From contig JBHLKM010000007.1 in assembly GCA_048886685.1 (NCBI GenBank), positions 32,001 through 96,000 of the forward strand: 64,000 nt of DNA. The letters are read 5' to 3'. The notes below the pieces were generated by a model that was not told where the DNA came from, ran no database searches, and saw nothing but the letters and a program-made list of their open reading frames with translations. The first letter of the stretch is position 1; every line of letters starts with the position of its first letter. The position numbers were made by a program, and so were the translations under genes. Positions 10,240 to 20,131 of the stretch are shown here, piece by piece. Source of the DNA: Candidatus Hodarchaeota archaeon. Lineage in GTDB: Archaea > Asgardarchaeota > Lokiarchaeia > Sigyniarchaeales > SOKP01.

Positions 10240-11169
10240 TTAAGCCTTGATTACCTCAACCAATTTAGGAAAGATACGAGTATAATGTACAGCCATACAA
10301 TGTACGCCTGCTAACAATCCTTTTGATTTTAATTCCGTAATGAAAGGTTTGAAAAATTCATAATTTAATTGATCATATATCTCTTTTTGTTCTTTCTTAT
10401 CGGTGACATCTGTTTTAACTCTCTTCCACCTTGCTAGTATGTCTTTGGGCACATCAACACCAGGAACAAACATATCAAATCCCTTCGCAATTCCATAACT
10501 TTTCATAGGGAAGATTCCAAGAAATGCTGGTACGTTATATTTCCTTATTTCCCTTAAAAACTCAGCCGTCATATCTATATCATAAACCACTTGAGTTTGG
10601 AAGAATTCTGCTCCAGCTTCAGCTTTTCTGCCAATTTTCAATATTTCAGCTTCCATAGGATCTGCATTAGGATTGGCAGCTCCTCCTACATGAAGTTTAG
10701 GTGGGTGTTCAATTTCATGACCATTAATCGAACCTTTATCAACCATCTCCCTTACAAGTTTTATTAGTGTTGCTGAATCTAAATCAAAGACAGGTTTGGT
10801 TTCCGGACAATCACCCAATGCTGTATGGTCACCTGTAAGTGAGAGAACATTACGTAAACCTAATGCTTGAGCTCCCATAATCTGCCCTGCAATCCCAATT
10901 TTATTACAATCCCTTACTGTCAATTGCCATACACATTCTAAACCAGTTTCTGTTTGAATAATATGAGATGCTGCCATTGAATTAATAGTTACTATTGCTA
11001 AAGGACTATCGGTTACATTTGCAGCAACAACATAAGGTGCCATTTCTTTTGCTTCCTGAATTGTGTGAGAAAGATCACATGTCTTTTCTGGTTCTAACTC
11101 TCCAGTTAAAACAAATTCCCCCTTTGCTATCATTTCACCTAGTTTTGAATACGCTTTCTTTTCTGACAT
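10240..11169 (-). CDS. metF: Methylenetetrahydrofolate reductase (copy 1)
   Basis: ELEP, ANVTD, QLTVRDCN, LSLTGD, GAEFFQTQ. Confidence 0.9.
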   Translation of the reverse strand: MSEKKAYSKLGEMIAKGEFVLTGELEPEKTCDLSHTIQEAKEMAPYVVAANVTDSPLAIVTINSMAASHIIQTETGLECVWQLTVRDCNKIGIAGQIMGAQALGLRNVLSLTGDHTALGDCPETKPVFDLDSATLIKLVREMVDKGSINGHEIEHPPKLHVGGAANPNADPMEAEILKIGRKAEAGAEFFQTQVVYDIDMTAEFLREIRKYNVPAFLGIFPMKSYGIAKGFDMFVPGVDVPKDILARWKRVKTDVTDKKEQKEIYDQLNYEFFKPFITELKSKGLLAGVHCMAVHYTRIFPKLVEVIKA

Positions 11170-11175
11170 TACTAA

Positions 11176-11841
11176 TTACCTCCAAACTACTTCTCGTTGA
11201 TGGCCTGATTCACTCCAATTTACAGGATCTCTTAATTTAGTAAATAAATCTAATCTTCCTAAGTCTTTTAATCGGTTAAAAATTAACACCCAACCACAAT
11301 CCTTTTCATAATCGCCAACTTCACATTTACCACGAACCATTCCACCACATGGTCCATTCATAAGTGATTTTGCACAAGTTGTAATAGGACAAATTCCACC
11401 AGTCTCATTTAATAAACAATCCCCGCATCCACGACAGCGCTGATAAAATCTACCAATTCTCTCTGTCATTCCCATAAATTCTGTATTGGTAGCAATAAAC
11501 ACAGGGATTTCTGGATGCTTTCTAGAAAGAACTTGCGTGATACTAGCTACTCCTAATCCACAACTTAATGTTAGTATTGCATCTATTTCTCCTAACTCTT
11601 CGTCTATTTTGCGAAAATCTTTCATCATAACTCTATTATCACATACTTCTTCAGGAACAATAGTTATCACAACTTCAAATCCCTCTTGCTCCAATTTCTC
11701 TGCCATTTCCTTTGCGCCTTCTGTACCACCAGTTTGACACATCGCAGCACAACTTCCACATGAGACAAGCCCGATTTTATTTACGTTCTTTAAAGCGCCT
11801 AAAACTTCTTCAAATGGTTTTTTCGTTGTTATTATTGTCAT
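11176..11841 (-). CDS. metV: MTHFR small Fe-S/Zn subunit MetV (copy 1)
   Basis: CGSCAAMC; CRGCGDC...GICPITTCAKSLMNGPCGG...CE...CGW; directly upstream of metF. Confidence 0.9.
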   Translation of the reverse strand: MTIITTKKPFEEVLGALKNVNKIGLVSCGSCAAMCQTGGTEGAKEMAEKLEQEGFEVVITIVPEEVCDNRVMMKDFRKIDEELGEIDAILTLSCGLGVASITQVLSRKHPEIPVFIATNTEFMGMTERIGRFYQRCRGCGDCLLNETGGICPITTCAKSLMNGPCGGMVRGKCEVGDYEKDCGWVLIFNRLKDLGRLDLFTKLRDPVNWSESGHQREVVWR

Positions 11842-12003
11842 TTTCTAATTCAATCTATAATTTTTAATTTTTATTGTAAACTTTAATTATTGAAATTAAT
11901 CATGATATTTATTATATTAAGTTATAAAATGTAATGTTTTCGAAAAGAAAAATATTAAAAACAAAAATTTATTAAAGATGTAAAAAAAATAAAAAATTAG
12001 AAT

Positions 12004-13497
12004 TTAAAATATCCCTTCCCACACCATTCTCTCAGCCTTGAAAGGATCATCCACTAACTTTACTTCAGTGCCAAAGAACATTGTAGATCTATTTTCAAGG
12101 TCATAAGGATTCCATTTAGGAATACCCTCATGGTTAGGTGTTCCATCCCTTGCAAATGAAATCCAAGAGTTCATCATTTTTTCACTTAGAATGTCGGTTT
12201 CTTTACTTTTTTTCGGAGTAATTCCTCTTGCATTATCCCCAAATCTTCCAAAAACAAAAGCAATTTCGAGTGCATGACAAGCCCCTAATTTTCCTCCCAT
12301 TTCAGGTGATTTATATGTAAAAAGATAAGAATAAACGTTAGGTTGATGTTTACATTGAGCTTCTGCTAATCGTATACCCGAGATTCTAAACCTAAAATCT
12401 GTTGATATTGCATCTAGAATTTCCTGAGGTTCTCCTTTCCGTGTTCTTTTGTATGTCTCGATGATTTTCTTAGTTACCCTCTCATCTTGATTAAAACGAC
12501 TTATCATCCTGTGGGTTCTTTTAAATAAACCCTCTTCGTCGAGAATTTCCCTTGGAGGGGTTATAGCTGTATATAATTTCGCTTCATCCTGATTTGTACC
12601 TACTATAAGTTCCACATCAGAGGCAAAGCCATCCCGAATCGCTTCAAGCGGATGTTTTGGTAATGTGTTACTATCAATATAAATGCCATATGGAAAATTC
12701 CTACCTTTTGCACGAGCTTCCAATTCCATTTTAGTTTGGACTTCCACTATTTTTTGTGTTGGTACTTTTTTTAATGCTTCAATGTCGATTTTTTTTATGC
12801 CTAGCTCAGTCATGATATGTTCAGCTCCTCTAACTCCACGTTTTGGATTAAACCAACCAGGATGAGCCGCTCCACTTTGAGAAATTACCCGATTAAACAA
12901 TCCTTTTGCTGGAGGCATCGCCATTAAAGTAGAAACTGCTGCTCCACCAGCAGATTCACCAAAAATTGTCACATTGTTCGGATTACCCCCAAAAAGTGTG
13001 ATGTTATCTCGAACCCATCGAAGTGCTGTAATTTGATCCAATTGCCCTAGATTCGCAATTTCGTCTTGAATGAAAATATAGCCGAATATTCCAAGACGGT
13101 AATTTATTGAAACGATAACTATATTACCGAGTTTTGCTAAAATCGTTCCGTCCGTTCTTGAACCGCTGCCAAAAGAAAAACCTCCTCCATGTATCCAAAA
13201 TAAAACGGGACGCTTAGCATCATCAATTTTCGGCGTCCATACGTTTAAAGTTAAACATTTCTCTTCATCTTGTAATGGACGTGGTTGAGGCGTGAAAAAG
13301 GACTCTCTCTGGGGAACATCGGGACCGAATTTTGTACAATCGAGTACACCACTCCAAGGTTCTTTTCGGATAGAGGGTTTGAATCTCAGTCCTCCGACAG
13401 GTGGTTCTGCATATGGAATCCCCTTGAATTTTTTTATCCCCCCTCTTTCATATCCTTTAATTTTGCCCTGTTTGGTTTCAAGAATTATCTCGTTCAC
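12004..13497 (-). CDS. Type B carboxylesterase/lipase
   Basis: FKGIPYA, CLTLNVW, WIHGGGF, FGESAGG, HALEI. Confidence 0.93.
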   Translation of the reverse strand: MNEIILETKQGKIKGYERGGIKKFKGIPYAEPPVGGLRFKPSIRKEPWSGVLDCTKFGPDVPQRESFFTPQPRPLQDEEKCLTLNVWTPKIDDAKRPVLFWIHGGGFSFGSGSRTDGTILAKLGNIVIVSINYRLGIFGYIFIQDEIANLGQLDQITALRWVRDNITLFGGNPNNVTIFGESAGGAAVSTLMAMPPAKGLFNRVISQSGAAHPGWFNPKRGVRGAEHIMTELGIKKIDIEALKKVPTQKIVEVQTKMELEARAKGRNFPYGIYIDSNTLPKHPLEAIRDGFASDVELIVGTNQDEAKLYTAITPPREILDEEGLFKRTHRMISRFNQDERVTKKIIETYKRTRKGEPQEILDAISTDFRFRISGIRLAEAQCKHQPNVYSYLFTYKSPEMGGKLGACHALEIAFVFGRFGDNARGITPKKSKETDILSEKMMNSWISFARDGTPNHEGIPKWNPYDLENRSTMFFGTEVKLVDDPFKAERMVWEGIF

Positions 13498-13552
13498 TAT
13501 TAGACCATCTCTCTAAATTATCCCCTAATTTTATTTCTCATAAAATTATTAA

Positions 13553-14539
13553 TTATCTCAAAATAAATTTCTGAACGTATTGATTTACACTTTCATAAGC
13601 TTTTCTACTTTCGGGTAGTTTCTCTCCAAAATTTTGAAATACATGAGTCATGTTCTCATATACTTCAAGTTTAACCTCTACTCCATCTCTTTTTGCCCGT
13701 TCGGCTAACATGGTTGAGTTGTCTACTAATGCTTCAATTCCACCAGCCTGAATAAGTAAAGGAGGTAATCCTTTTAGATCAGCAAAAACTGGTGAAATTA
13801 AGGGATTATTAAGTGGTTCCTTCTGAGCATATAATTTTGCCATGTTTACAATTCCATCCTTATCTATTAAAGGCTCAAATTTTTTGTTTCTAATAATAGA
13901 TTCTCCGCTTCCTGTAAGATCCGCCCATGGTGACATCAAAACTGCTGCTGCGGGAAGTAGTATATTTAACTCTTTAAGCTTTAATAAAGTTGCGATTGCT
14001 AATCCGCCACCCGCTGACTCACCACCGATAATCATCTTTTTCGGGTCAAAACCTCTTGATATCAACCACTTGTATGATTCAATTGCATCTTCTAAAGCTG
14101 CTGGAAAAGGGTGTTCTGGCGCTAAACGGTATTCAATATTCAAACATCGTAAATGAGTGGCTCGCGAAAGGTGATAGGGGATTATTCGACGGCTTTTTAA
14201 ATTTCCCATGATATATCCTCCACCGAATAAATTATAAAACACTTTATCTTCGTGAGCTCCAGGAACAGAAATCCACTCTGCAGGAATGTTCCCAATTTTA
14301 AATTGTTCAATTACTACGTCTTTGGGGATACTTTTCGCCCTTTCTTCACCTAAATTGTCTGAAATATAGCGATTGAATTCTAGCATTGTTTTTGCATCCA
14401 CATTTCCAGAAGCTAAATCCCTATATGATATACCTTTTTGAGACGCAAACTCTCTACCTACCTTTCTTCTAAATTCAAAACTTTCCTCTATTAAATCACC
14501 AAGTTCCTTATGAACTTTCGAAATTTCTTGATATGCCAT
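13553..14539 (-). CDS. HSL-family alpha/beta hydrolase (esterase)
   Basis: FGGGY, YRLAPEHPFPAA, GESAGG, HVFQ. Confidence 0.92.
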   Translation of the reverse strand: MAYQEISKVHKELGDLIEESFEFRRKVGREFASQKGISYRDLASGNVDAKTMLEFNRYISDNLGEERAKSIPKDVVIEQFKIGNIPAEWISVPGAHEDKVFYNLFGGGYIMGNLKSRRIIPYHLSRATHLRCLNIEYRLAPEHPFPAALEDAIESYKWLISRGFDPKKMIIGGESAGGGLAIATLLKLKELNILLPAAAVLMSPWADLTGSGESIIRNKKFEPLIDKDGIVNMAKLYAQKEPLNNPLISPVFADLKGLPPLLIQAGGIEALVDNSTMLAERAKRDGVEVKLEVYENMTHVFQNFGEKLPESRKAYESVNQYVQKFILR

Positions 14540-14720
14540 TTTTACTCACCAAATTCATTATTAATTATTAAATTATAAATTTAAAATTCATTAAATTGTT
14601 TATGCAGATTTTTAATTTTGGAGATATTTCAAAATTATTCCTATAATTGATAGAAAATAGAAATAGTAATTAGCAGATGTGTTACCAGAATAATGATTTG
14701 ATTATTGAATATAAATTAAT

Positions 14721-16535
14721 TTATTGAGTAAAAATTTCATTAATCACAGTTCTAAGAGCAGCAGGTTTATCGAGGCCCAACATCTCGCTGGTTTTGACTG
14801 ACTTATTGAGCGCTTGCCATATTTCCGAATTCTCCCGAATCGCTTCTGAAAAGCGGGTTAACTTCTGCAACGCGGGATAAGATTGGCCTTTAATTACGTA
14901 GCATGCCAAAAAGGGATCAACGGGGTTAATAAGGATTGTATTTTCTCCAATTCTGATACGGTCAATGGATTTGGAGAACAATTCAGAACTGAACGTATTA
15001 AACGCTGACATAAAAGCGCTAAAAATATCATCAACATCCCATTCACCTACAAATGTATGATTGAAGTATGTAACCCCGCTACTGTCCATAATAAGAAGCA
15101 AGATAGGTTCTTCATCTTCTATCTCAGGAGCTTCAATTACCCCCCTATCTTGTAAACGTTCAAGTACACCATCAATAGACGCTAACTTCAAGCGTTCTGC
15201 CACTGATGCTTGCGTTTTCTTAAAAGATTCCCAGAGATTTAATTCTTCCAATAATTTATCATGCTCTCTCGATATCTCGGTTGCTAATAGTTGGAGACCG
15301 TGTTCATCTGCAATTTTTTGTGCTTCAGCTAACAATCTTCTCGCTTCCACCAAATTTATTTGAACCAGAGCTAATTTCGCCTGGAAGAGTTTTACGTTAG
15401 CTAATAATGAATATGAATTTCGACGTATCGCATTTCTCTGTAAGAGATCTATAAGAGGGAAAATGTCATCCAATATTTCCATCTGATTGGTTAACTGAAA
15501 TTCTTGGAAATATATATCACATAAATTAATTAAGGCCAAGTGAATAAGACCCCCCCCTTCTTCTATAAGATTTTTTAAAATATGTTCTGCTTTGACACGA
15601 TCACGCATTCTACTGCTTGATTTCAATATTAGTGCAGTAGTTAACTGATATATATAATTTATAGCAGCAGTAGACTCATGTCTCTCGTTAAGAAGTTTAA
15701 ATTCGTCAAAATAGTGTTGCAATTCATCATTTTCTTTTTTGATAAGAAAAATGAGTATAATTACATAGTATGTCCCAGCTATCCAATATCCTTCCTCAAA
15801 TTTTTTATAGATTTCAAGACTACTTATATAATATTCTAACGCACGGTCAAAATCTCCTTTATAGTAATATATTGCTCCCATAAGACGGTAAAACTCTGCT
15901 TTCTCAAAAAGAGGTCCGTGATAATTTGACTTAGAAATTAAAGAAATGGCTTTTTCACCACATGATAGTGCGAGATTTAATTCTCCTTTGAAGAAATAGA
16001 CCCAACCCTTTAATCCCTGTACGAAAGTGAGTATAAATGAAAGTGGATCTTTTTTTTCATAATATTCTATACATTTATCAGCATATTCTAAGCTCTGATC
16101 AGGTTTTCCAAGGAAAAAGTCTCTCGTGGCATAAATAGCATCCATATCTGCTTCTATTTGTGGATAATTCAATAAATCTTCCTGATGAATTGATTTAAAA
16201 AGGCTATCAATCAGTTCATAATTCTTAACAAGTTCAACATACTCAGCAAATGTTGCAAAAACCGACCATTTGACATGAAGCGCATCAAAGGAAAAGATAG
16301 CTTTATTAAATTCTTGACTAGTTTGGTAAAGGTTTTCAGCGGTCTGAAGTGCTAATTCGAATTCTCCGAGCCAAAAAAAGAGAAAACTTTTAATCCCTTG
16401 AATATTTAATCTCTCTTCAAGTGTTAAAGCTTCTTTTTGTTCCAAATCATTTAAATATTTAACAGTTTCTTCAAATTCTCCATTATCAATTAAGGTCTTT
16501 GCTTTGATTATTTTCTCAGAAGGTAGAATAATCAT
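14721..16535 (-). CDS. Tetratricopeptide-repeat protein with a C-terminal longin-like module
   Basis: TPR helices (GAIYYYKGDFDRALEYY); C-terminal LLLIMDSSG...FSAFMSAFNTFS...YVIKGQSY domain. Confidence 0.8.
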   Translation of the reverse strand: MIILPSEKIIKAKTLIDNGEFEETVKYLNDLEQKEALTLEERLNIQGIKSFLFFWLGEFELALQTAENLYQTSQEFNKAIFSFDALHVKWSVFATFAEYVELVKNYELIDSLFKSIHQEDLLNYPQIEADMDAIYATRDFFLGKPDQSLEYADKCIEYYEKKDPLSFILTFVQGLKGWVYFFKGELNLALSCGEKAISLISKSNYHGPLFEKAEFYRLMGAIYYYKGDFDRALEYYISSLEIYKKFEEGYWIAGTYYVIILIFLIKKENDELQHYFDEFKLLNERHESTAAINYIYQLTTALILKSSSRMRDRVKAEHILKNLIEEGGGLIHLALINLCDIYFQEFQLTNQMEILDDIFPLIDLLQRNAIRRNSYSLLANVKLFQAKLALVQINLVEARRLLAEAQKIADEHGLQLLATEISREHDKLLEELNLWESFKKTQASVAERLKLASIDGVLERLQDRGVIEAPEIEDEEPILLLIMDSSGVTYFNHTFVGEWDVDDIFSAFMSAFNTFSSELFSKSIDRIRIGENTILINPVDPFLACYVIKGQSYPALQKLTRFSEAIRENSEIWQALNKSVKTSEMLGLDKPAALRTVINEIFTQ

Positions 16536-16782
16536 TGGTGTTGCAATTTATTTTCATTGAATTTAAAAAAATGGAAGTAGCTTTCCCTTTTAAGCCTTGT
16601 GTACCACAATTTCGATTCAAGATTTTTTTTTTTTTAGTTTTTCAAAGAAATTTTCATTAAAATCAGACGCTGAATTTACATTTCCATTCCAAAAGAAAGA
16701 TATTGAGCAAAGTATGTATTATCACTTAAACGTGAAGAATCAATTAAAATTATATAAGAAAATTTATATAAGAAAAAGTAGT

Positions 16783-17052
16783 TTATAAAGGAAATACTTC
16801 CTCCGCTTGCGTCTCATCAAACTCTATCTCGCGCAATTTAATCCGAATCTCGCGAGGGGTGTAGGATTTTCTTAACAGCTCCAAAATCGCATTGTTAAGA
16901 TTAGTTAAATTATCCATCGCTGCTTGACGAAAAAAATTCTGCTCGTTAAAGTTGATATTAATGATTTCGTATAAGCCGGTCAGGCACTCCCGAATATCGC
17001 GATAATTTTCCATCGCATCTTCCAATTTTTCTAATTTTTCTTCTTGACCCAT
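16783..17052 (-). CDS. Small helical hypothetical protein (89 aa)
   Basis: Clean ORF, GAGGGA-type RBS upstream, divergent from 17653. Confidence 0.75.
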   Translation of the reverse strand: MGQEEKLEKLEDAMENYRDIRECLTGLYEIININFNEQNFFRQAAMDNLTNLNNAILELLRKSYTPREIRIKLREIEFDETQAEEVFPL

Positions 17053-17090
17053 CTTATTCCCTCAATTTTTTTTTGTGTTCTAATTAAATA

Positions 17091-17575
17091 ATATGATCGA
17101 TCATATTTAAATGGTGATCATTTTGGGATATTATGTTGCGTTAATCACAAAAAGTGTGATCGGTATATTCCATAATGATCATATTGAAAAGCTTTTCGTT
17201 TGGGAAATAAAAATGTCAATGCTTGTTTTTCTCGATCAAAATGCGCACTTTTCGTAGTTTTTTAGTTGGTTATTATCGATCCCGAATACTGTCGAAAAAA
17301 AATTGTCTTTTTTGATCATTTTTTCAGTTGCTCCATGACAGAAAAATTACTATCATATTAAGATAGGTGCGTTTTCGTGCCTTCATCCTTATAAATTTTT
17401 GCATGATCGTCCTGACAAAAATGCAAAATTTACTGAATAATCCGATCGTTCCCATTAAGATGGGCATTCCTTTTTCGGTCATGAATGCTAACAAAAAAAG
17501 TACAAAAGAGAAATTTTGACAGATTCCGGAAAGAAACAGTACTTTTCTTGACCGAAAGCATTTATATATGATCAT
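17091..17575. promoter_or_regulatory. GATC-dense divergent intergenic region with palindromes and a TATA box
   Basis: 11 GATC sites (17095, 17099, 17116, 17158, 17177, 17234, 17278, 17314, 17405, 17444, 17570); palindrome ATATGATCGATCATAT at 17091-17106; TTTATATA at 17561. Confidence 0.6.
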
Positions 17576-17652
17576 TGAATTAGTATAATTGGGAAAAAAA
17601 TAATAAAAAAACAACCGAAAAAAGTTAAAAAATTAGGATGTGAGAACAGAAA

Positions 17653-17994
17653 ATGGAACCACTTCAAAAAATAGAGGAAGAAGCCCAGGCAATAACCGAC
17701 ACACAGAGGAGTCAAATTTATGAGTTTGCCCGCGAAGTCAGTAAGGACACCTTAGAGGAAGTCTGTCCAGCACTGCTCAACATAGCCATTGAATCAGAAA
17801 GGGGGTTGCTCAAAAACCAGCTAGGGAACGTGATATTCCACCTTCAAAAAAACGAGCGCATCAACACGGTCATTGGTTTACAAAAGCTCATTGATGCGGC
17901 ATTAATAGTCAATCCTGAGGCAATGTTCAAGATTTTCGAGGAATCGGATACGGATGCCCAAGCTCTCGGCAAAAAAATAAAAGCAGTATTATAA
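17653..17994 (+). CDS. Helical hypothetical protein (113 aa)
   Basis: Clean ORF; diverged fragments of homologs at 19441 and 27689 keep the amino-acid sequence, which supports coding. Confidence 0.85.
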   Translation: MEPLQKIEEEAQAITDTQRSQIYEFAREVSKDTLEEVCPALLNIAIESERGLLKNQLGNVIFHLQKNERINTVIGLQKLIDAALIVNPEAMFKIFEESDTDAQALGKKIKAVL

Positions 17995-18001
17995 TTTTTT
18001 T

Positions 18002-18399
18002 TCACTCACCTATCTTCATTATATTAAGCTCTGTTATTGCAGATTGAGATTTAAAAAAATCCATATAAATACCTCCCCAAGTAAATCCTTGAATTGAACA
18101 CCTAGGCAATTTGTATACGATCCCTTCTGGTCCTAACATCACAAAAGATACTCCTATTCTCAGAAGTCCAAGAATTAAATAGTATAGAGTAAAACCACCA
18201 GAGACTACCATACAAGTACTAAGAATAATTACCCTATATTCCGGAATAAAAATTGACAATATTATTCCAAATATTAACCCGAAAATTAATATATAGCATT
18301 TATGATATCTTCAGGAGAAGATATCATCCCAAATTCATAGTTTCCTTCTTGATAGTTATGAAATTGCAATAGGTACTCCTCTAAATTTTCTATACTCAT
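18002..18399 (-). pseudogene. Frameshifted and probably truncated membrane-protein gene
   Basis: ATG 18399 frame (MSIENLEEYLLQF...) stops near 18286; a shifted frame continues CYILIFGLIFGIILSIFIPEY... into the 85-aa ORF. Confidence 0.55.
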
Positions 18400-18656
18400 T
18401 TAACCCTCTATATTTATTTTATCCCATCAGATTATTATTCTATACTACTGTTATTATTTCTTCAATATTTAACATTTCTGTAAGAAAAAAATCCAATTTT
18501 ATAACTTTAATTTCTGATGGAGCTTTTTAGCCGCATTTTCGTCATTTTTGTCACTACAAAAGATTTGGGAAAGTTAGAAGTCCAAGTAAAAAATTAAAGC
18601 CCTAAAAAAATAATAATAAAATCTTTTTGTTCATATATTATTAATAGGGCATTATC

Positions 18657-19388
18657 ATGACTATAAGAAAGCTTATAAAAAATGTTTTAGAAAGAGTTAT
18701 AAAAATATTTAGTATTTTTGTACTTTATAGTTCTGTCTTAGTAGGAATCCTCGCTCCAATGTTACTTATTGTCGGAGGTTTCTTCAAATTTCTTGATCAC
18801 TTTCATTGGATTTCTTGGTTTTTTGCAGATCCAACAACTTATTCAAAAGATCTTATAGTTTGTTGGTTGAATTCAGTTTTACATTGCTCTTTTTTTTACT
18901 CAGATACCTGGGTGTATTTAAACGTAATGATATTTGTAGCGGGTCTTATTCTTTTCATTATTTCTTTGGCATGTCTAGTAATTGGAATTAGAAAGAATGC
19001 GGGGTTAGTACAAGAGAGAATATATAAACATATAAGACATCCTCAAAATTTCTCTATTATTATTATGGCTTTTCCATTATTCTTTTATCGATATGGATTT
19101 AGGTTAGGAGATTTTATCTCATGGATTCAATTTATATTCCTAATAATTATCTATTCTGATCTTGGAGATATTAAATTAAAAAAGAAGTATCCAGAAGAGT
19201 TCCAATCATACTATGAAAATACTGGTTTTTTTCTTCCCAGGATTTTCCCTTATCGAATTAGCTATTATTTCTCTGCCATCTATAACAAAAAGTATCGATA
19301 TCCATTTCTACTTCTAATTTATATCCTAACTATTTATGTACTCTATCAACTTTTTTTGATTTTACCATTTTATTGGGCAACAATATAA
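18657..19388 (+). CDS. ICMT/PEMT-like integral membrane methyltransferase family protein
   Basis: GLVQERIYKHIRHPQ and KKYPEEFQSY...GFFLP motifs, multiple TM segments. Confidence 0.8.
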   Translation: MTIRKLIKNVLERVIKIFSIFVLYSSVLVGILAPMLLIVGGFFKFLDHFHWISWFFADPTTYSKDLIVCWLNSVLHCSFFYSDTWVYLNVMIFVAGLILFIISLACLVIGIRKNAGLVQERIYKHIRHPQNFSIIIMAFPLFFYRYGFRLGDFISWIQFIFLIIIYSDLGDIKLKKKYPEEFQSYYENTGFFLPRIFPYRISYYFSAIYNKKYRYPFLLLIYILTIYVLYQLFLILPFYWATI

Positions 19389-19440
19389 ATAAACTTCTCT
19401 TTAATGATTCATAAAGACATTGAGAATCAATGACAATCCT

Positions 19441-19482
19441 GATGCCCAGCAACTCGCCAAAAAAATAAAGGCAGTATTATAA
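19441..19482 (+). repeat. Orphan copy of the 3' end of gene 17653..17994
   Basis: 36/42 nt identical to 17953-17994; DAQQLAKKIKAVL* vs DAQALGKKIKAVL*; T-tract also shared. Confidence 0.85.
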
Positions 19483-19526
19483 GTTTTTTTCATTCTTATT
19501 TTAATTCAGTCAAATTGATCGAGTTT

Positions 19527-19615
19527 ACTTTTAAGACAATCGGAATTTTAGGGTTCTTTCCCCACACGTTCTTGTTTTCCAGGATATTATTTTTCATGAG
19601 ATTTTATATCTTCTA
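19527..19615. repeat. Direct repeat of 20068..20160 (3' end plus downstream flank of gene 20132..20719)
   Basis: ~90-bp near-identical copies: ACTTTTAAGACAATCGGAATTTTAGGGTTCTTTC...CCAGGATATTATTTTTCATGAGATTTT. Confidence 0.9.
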
Positions 19616-19705
19616 ACTTAAGATTATAGCTGAATCCATCCCAAATATCCGGATCAAAACTATTTTAAATTAATCTATTATCTTTTACTAATAACGAACT
19701 TCTAT

Positions 19706-20059
19706 TTGTGTCTTATGTTTTTCTTAAATTCATATAGCTATCATATACCACAACAAATTCTTGGTTTTCTCATAGTTTTTGGAATCCCATTGTTGATCCT
19801 TTTTGAATTATACTTCACAAAAATACGGAAAATAAAACAGGTCAAGATAATATTTGGAGTTGTTTCGATCATTTATGGTTCAGTTATTATCATCATAGCA
19901 ATATGGGGAAATATAGAATTTACAAAATATTTAGAAAATAGGGAGTATTCTATACTAGGGCCCGATTATCGCTTTATTTTTATTTTATGTATCGGACTTT
20001 TTATAATCTTAGTCATACGTGGAATGATTTTAATTAATAAGAGCAAGTATGTTGAATAA
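19706..20059 (+). CDS. Small 3-TM membrane protein, paralog of 33562..33924
   Basis: Three hydrophobic segments; shared MFxLNxYxYxIP...AIWG...YLE...DY pattern. Confidence 0.75.
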   Translation: MCLMFFLNSYSYHIPQQILGFLIVFGIPLLILFELYFTKIRKIKQVKIIFGVVSIIYGSVIIIIAIWGNIEFTKYLENREYSILGPDYRFIFILCIGLFIILVIRGMILINKSKYVE

Positions 20060-20131
20060 AATAACCAACTTTTAAGACAATCGGAATTTTAGGGTTCTTT
20101 CTCCACACGTAAGATCTTGTTTCCCAGGATA

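Noticed and set aside
17324-17614. 96-aa minus-strand ORF in the GATC region
   Set aside because: Low-complexity Phe-rich composition, no RBS, and it overlaps the promoter of 17653; likely spurious.
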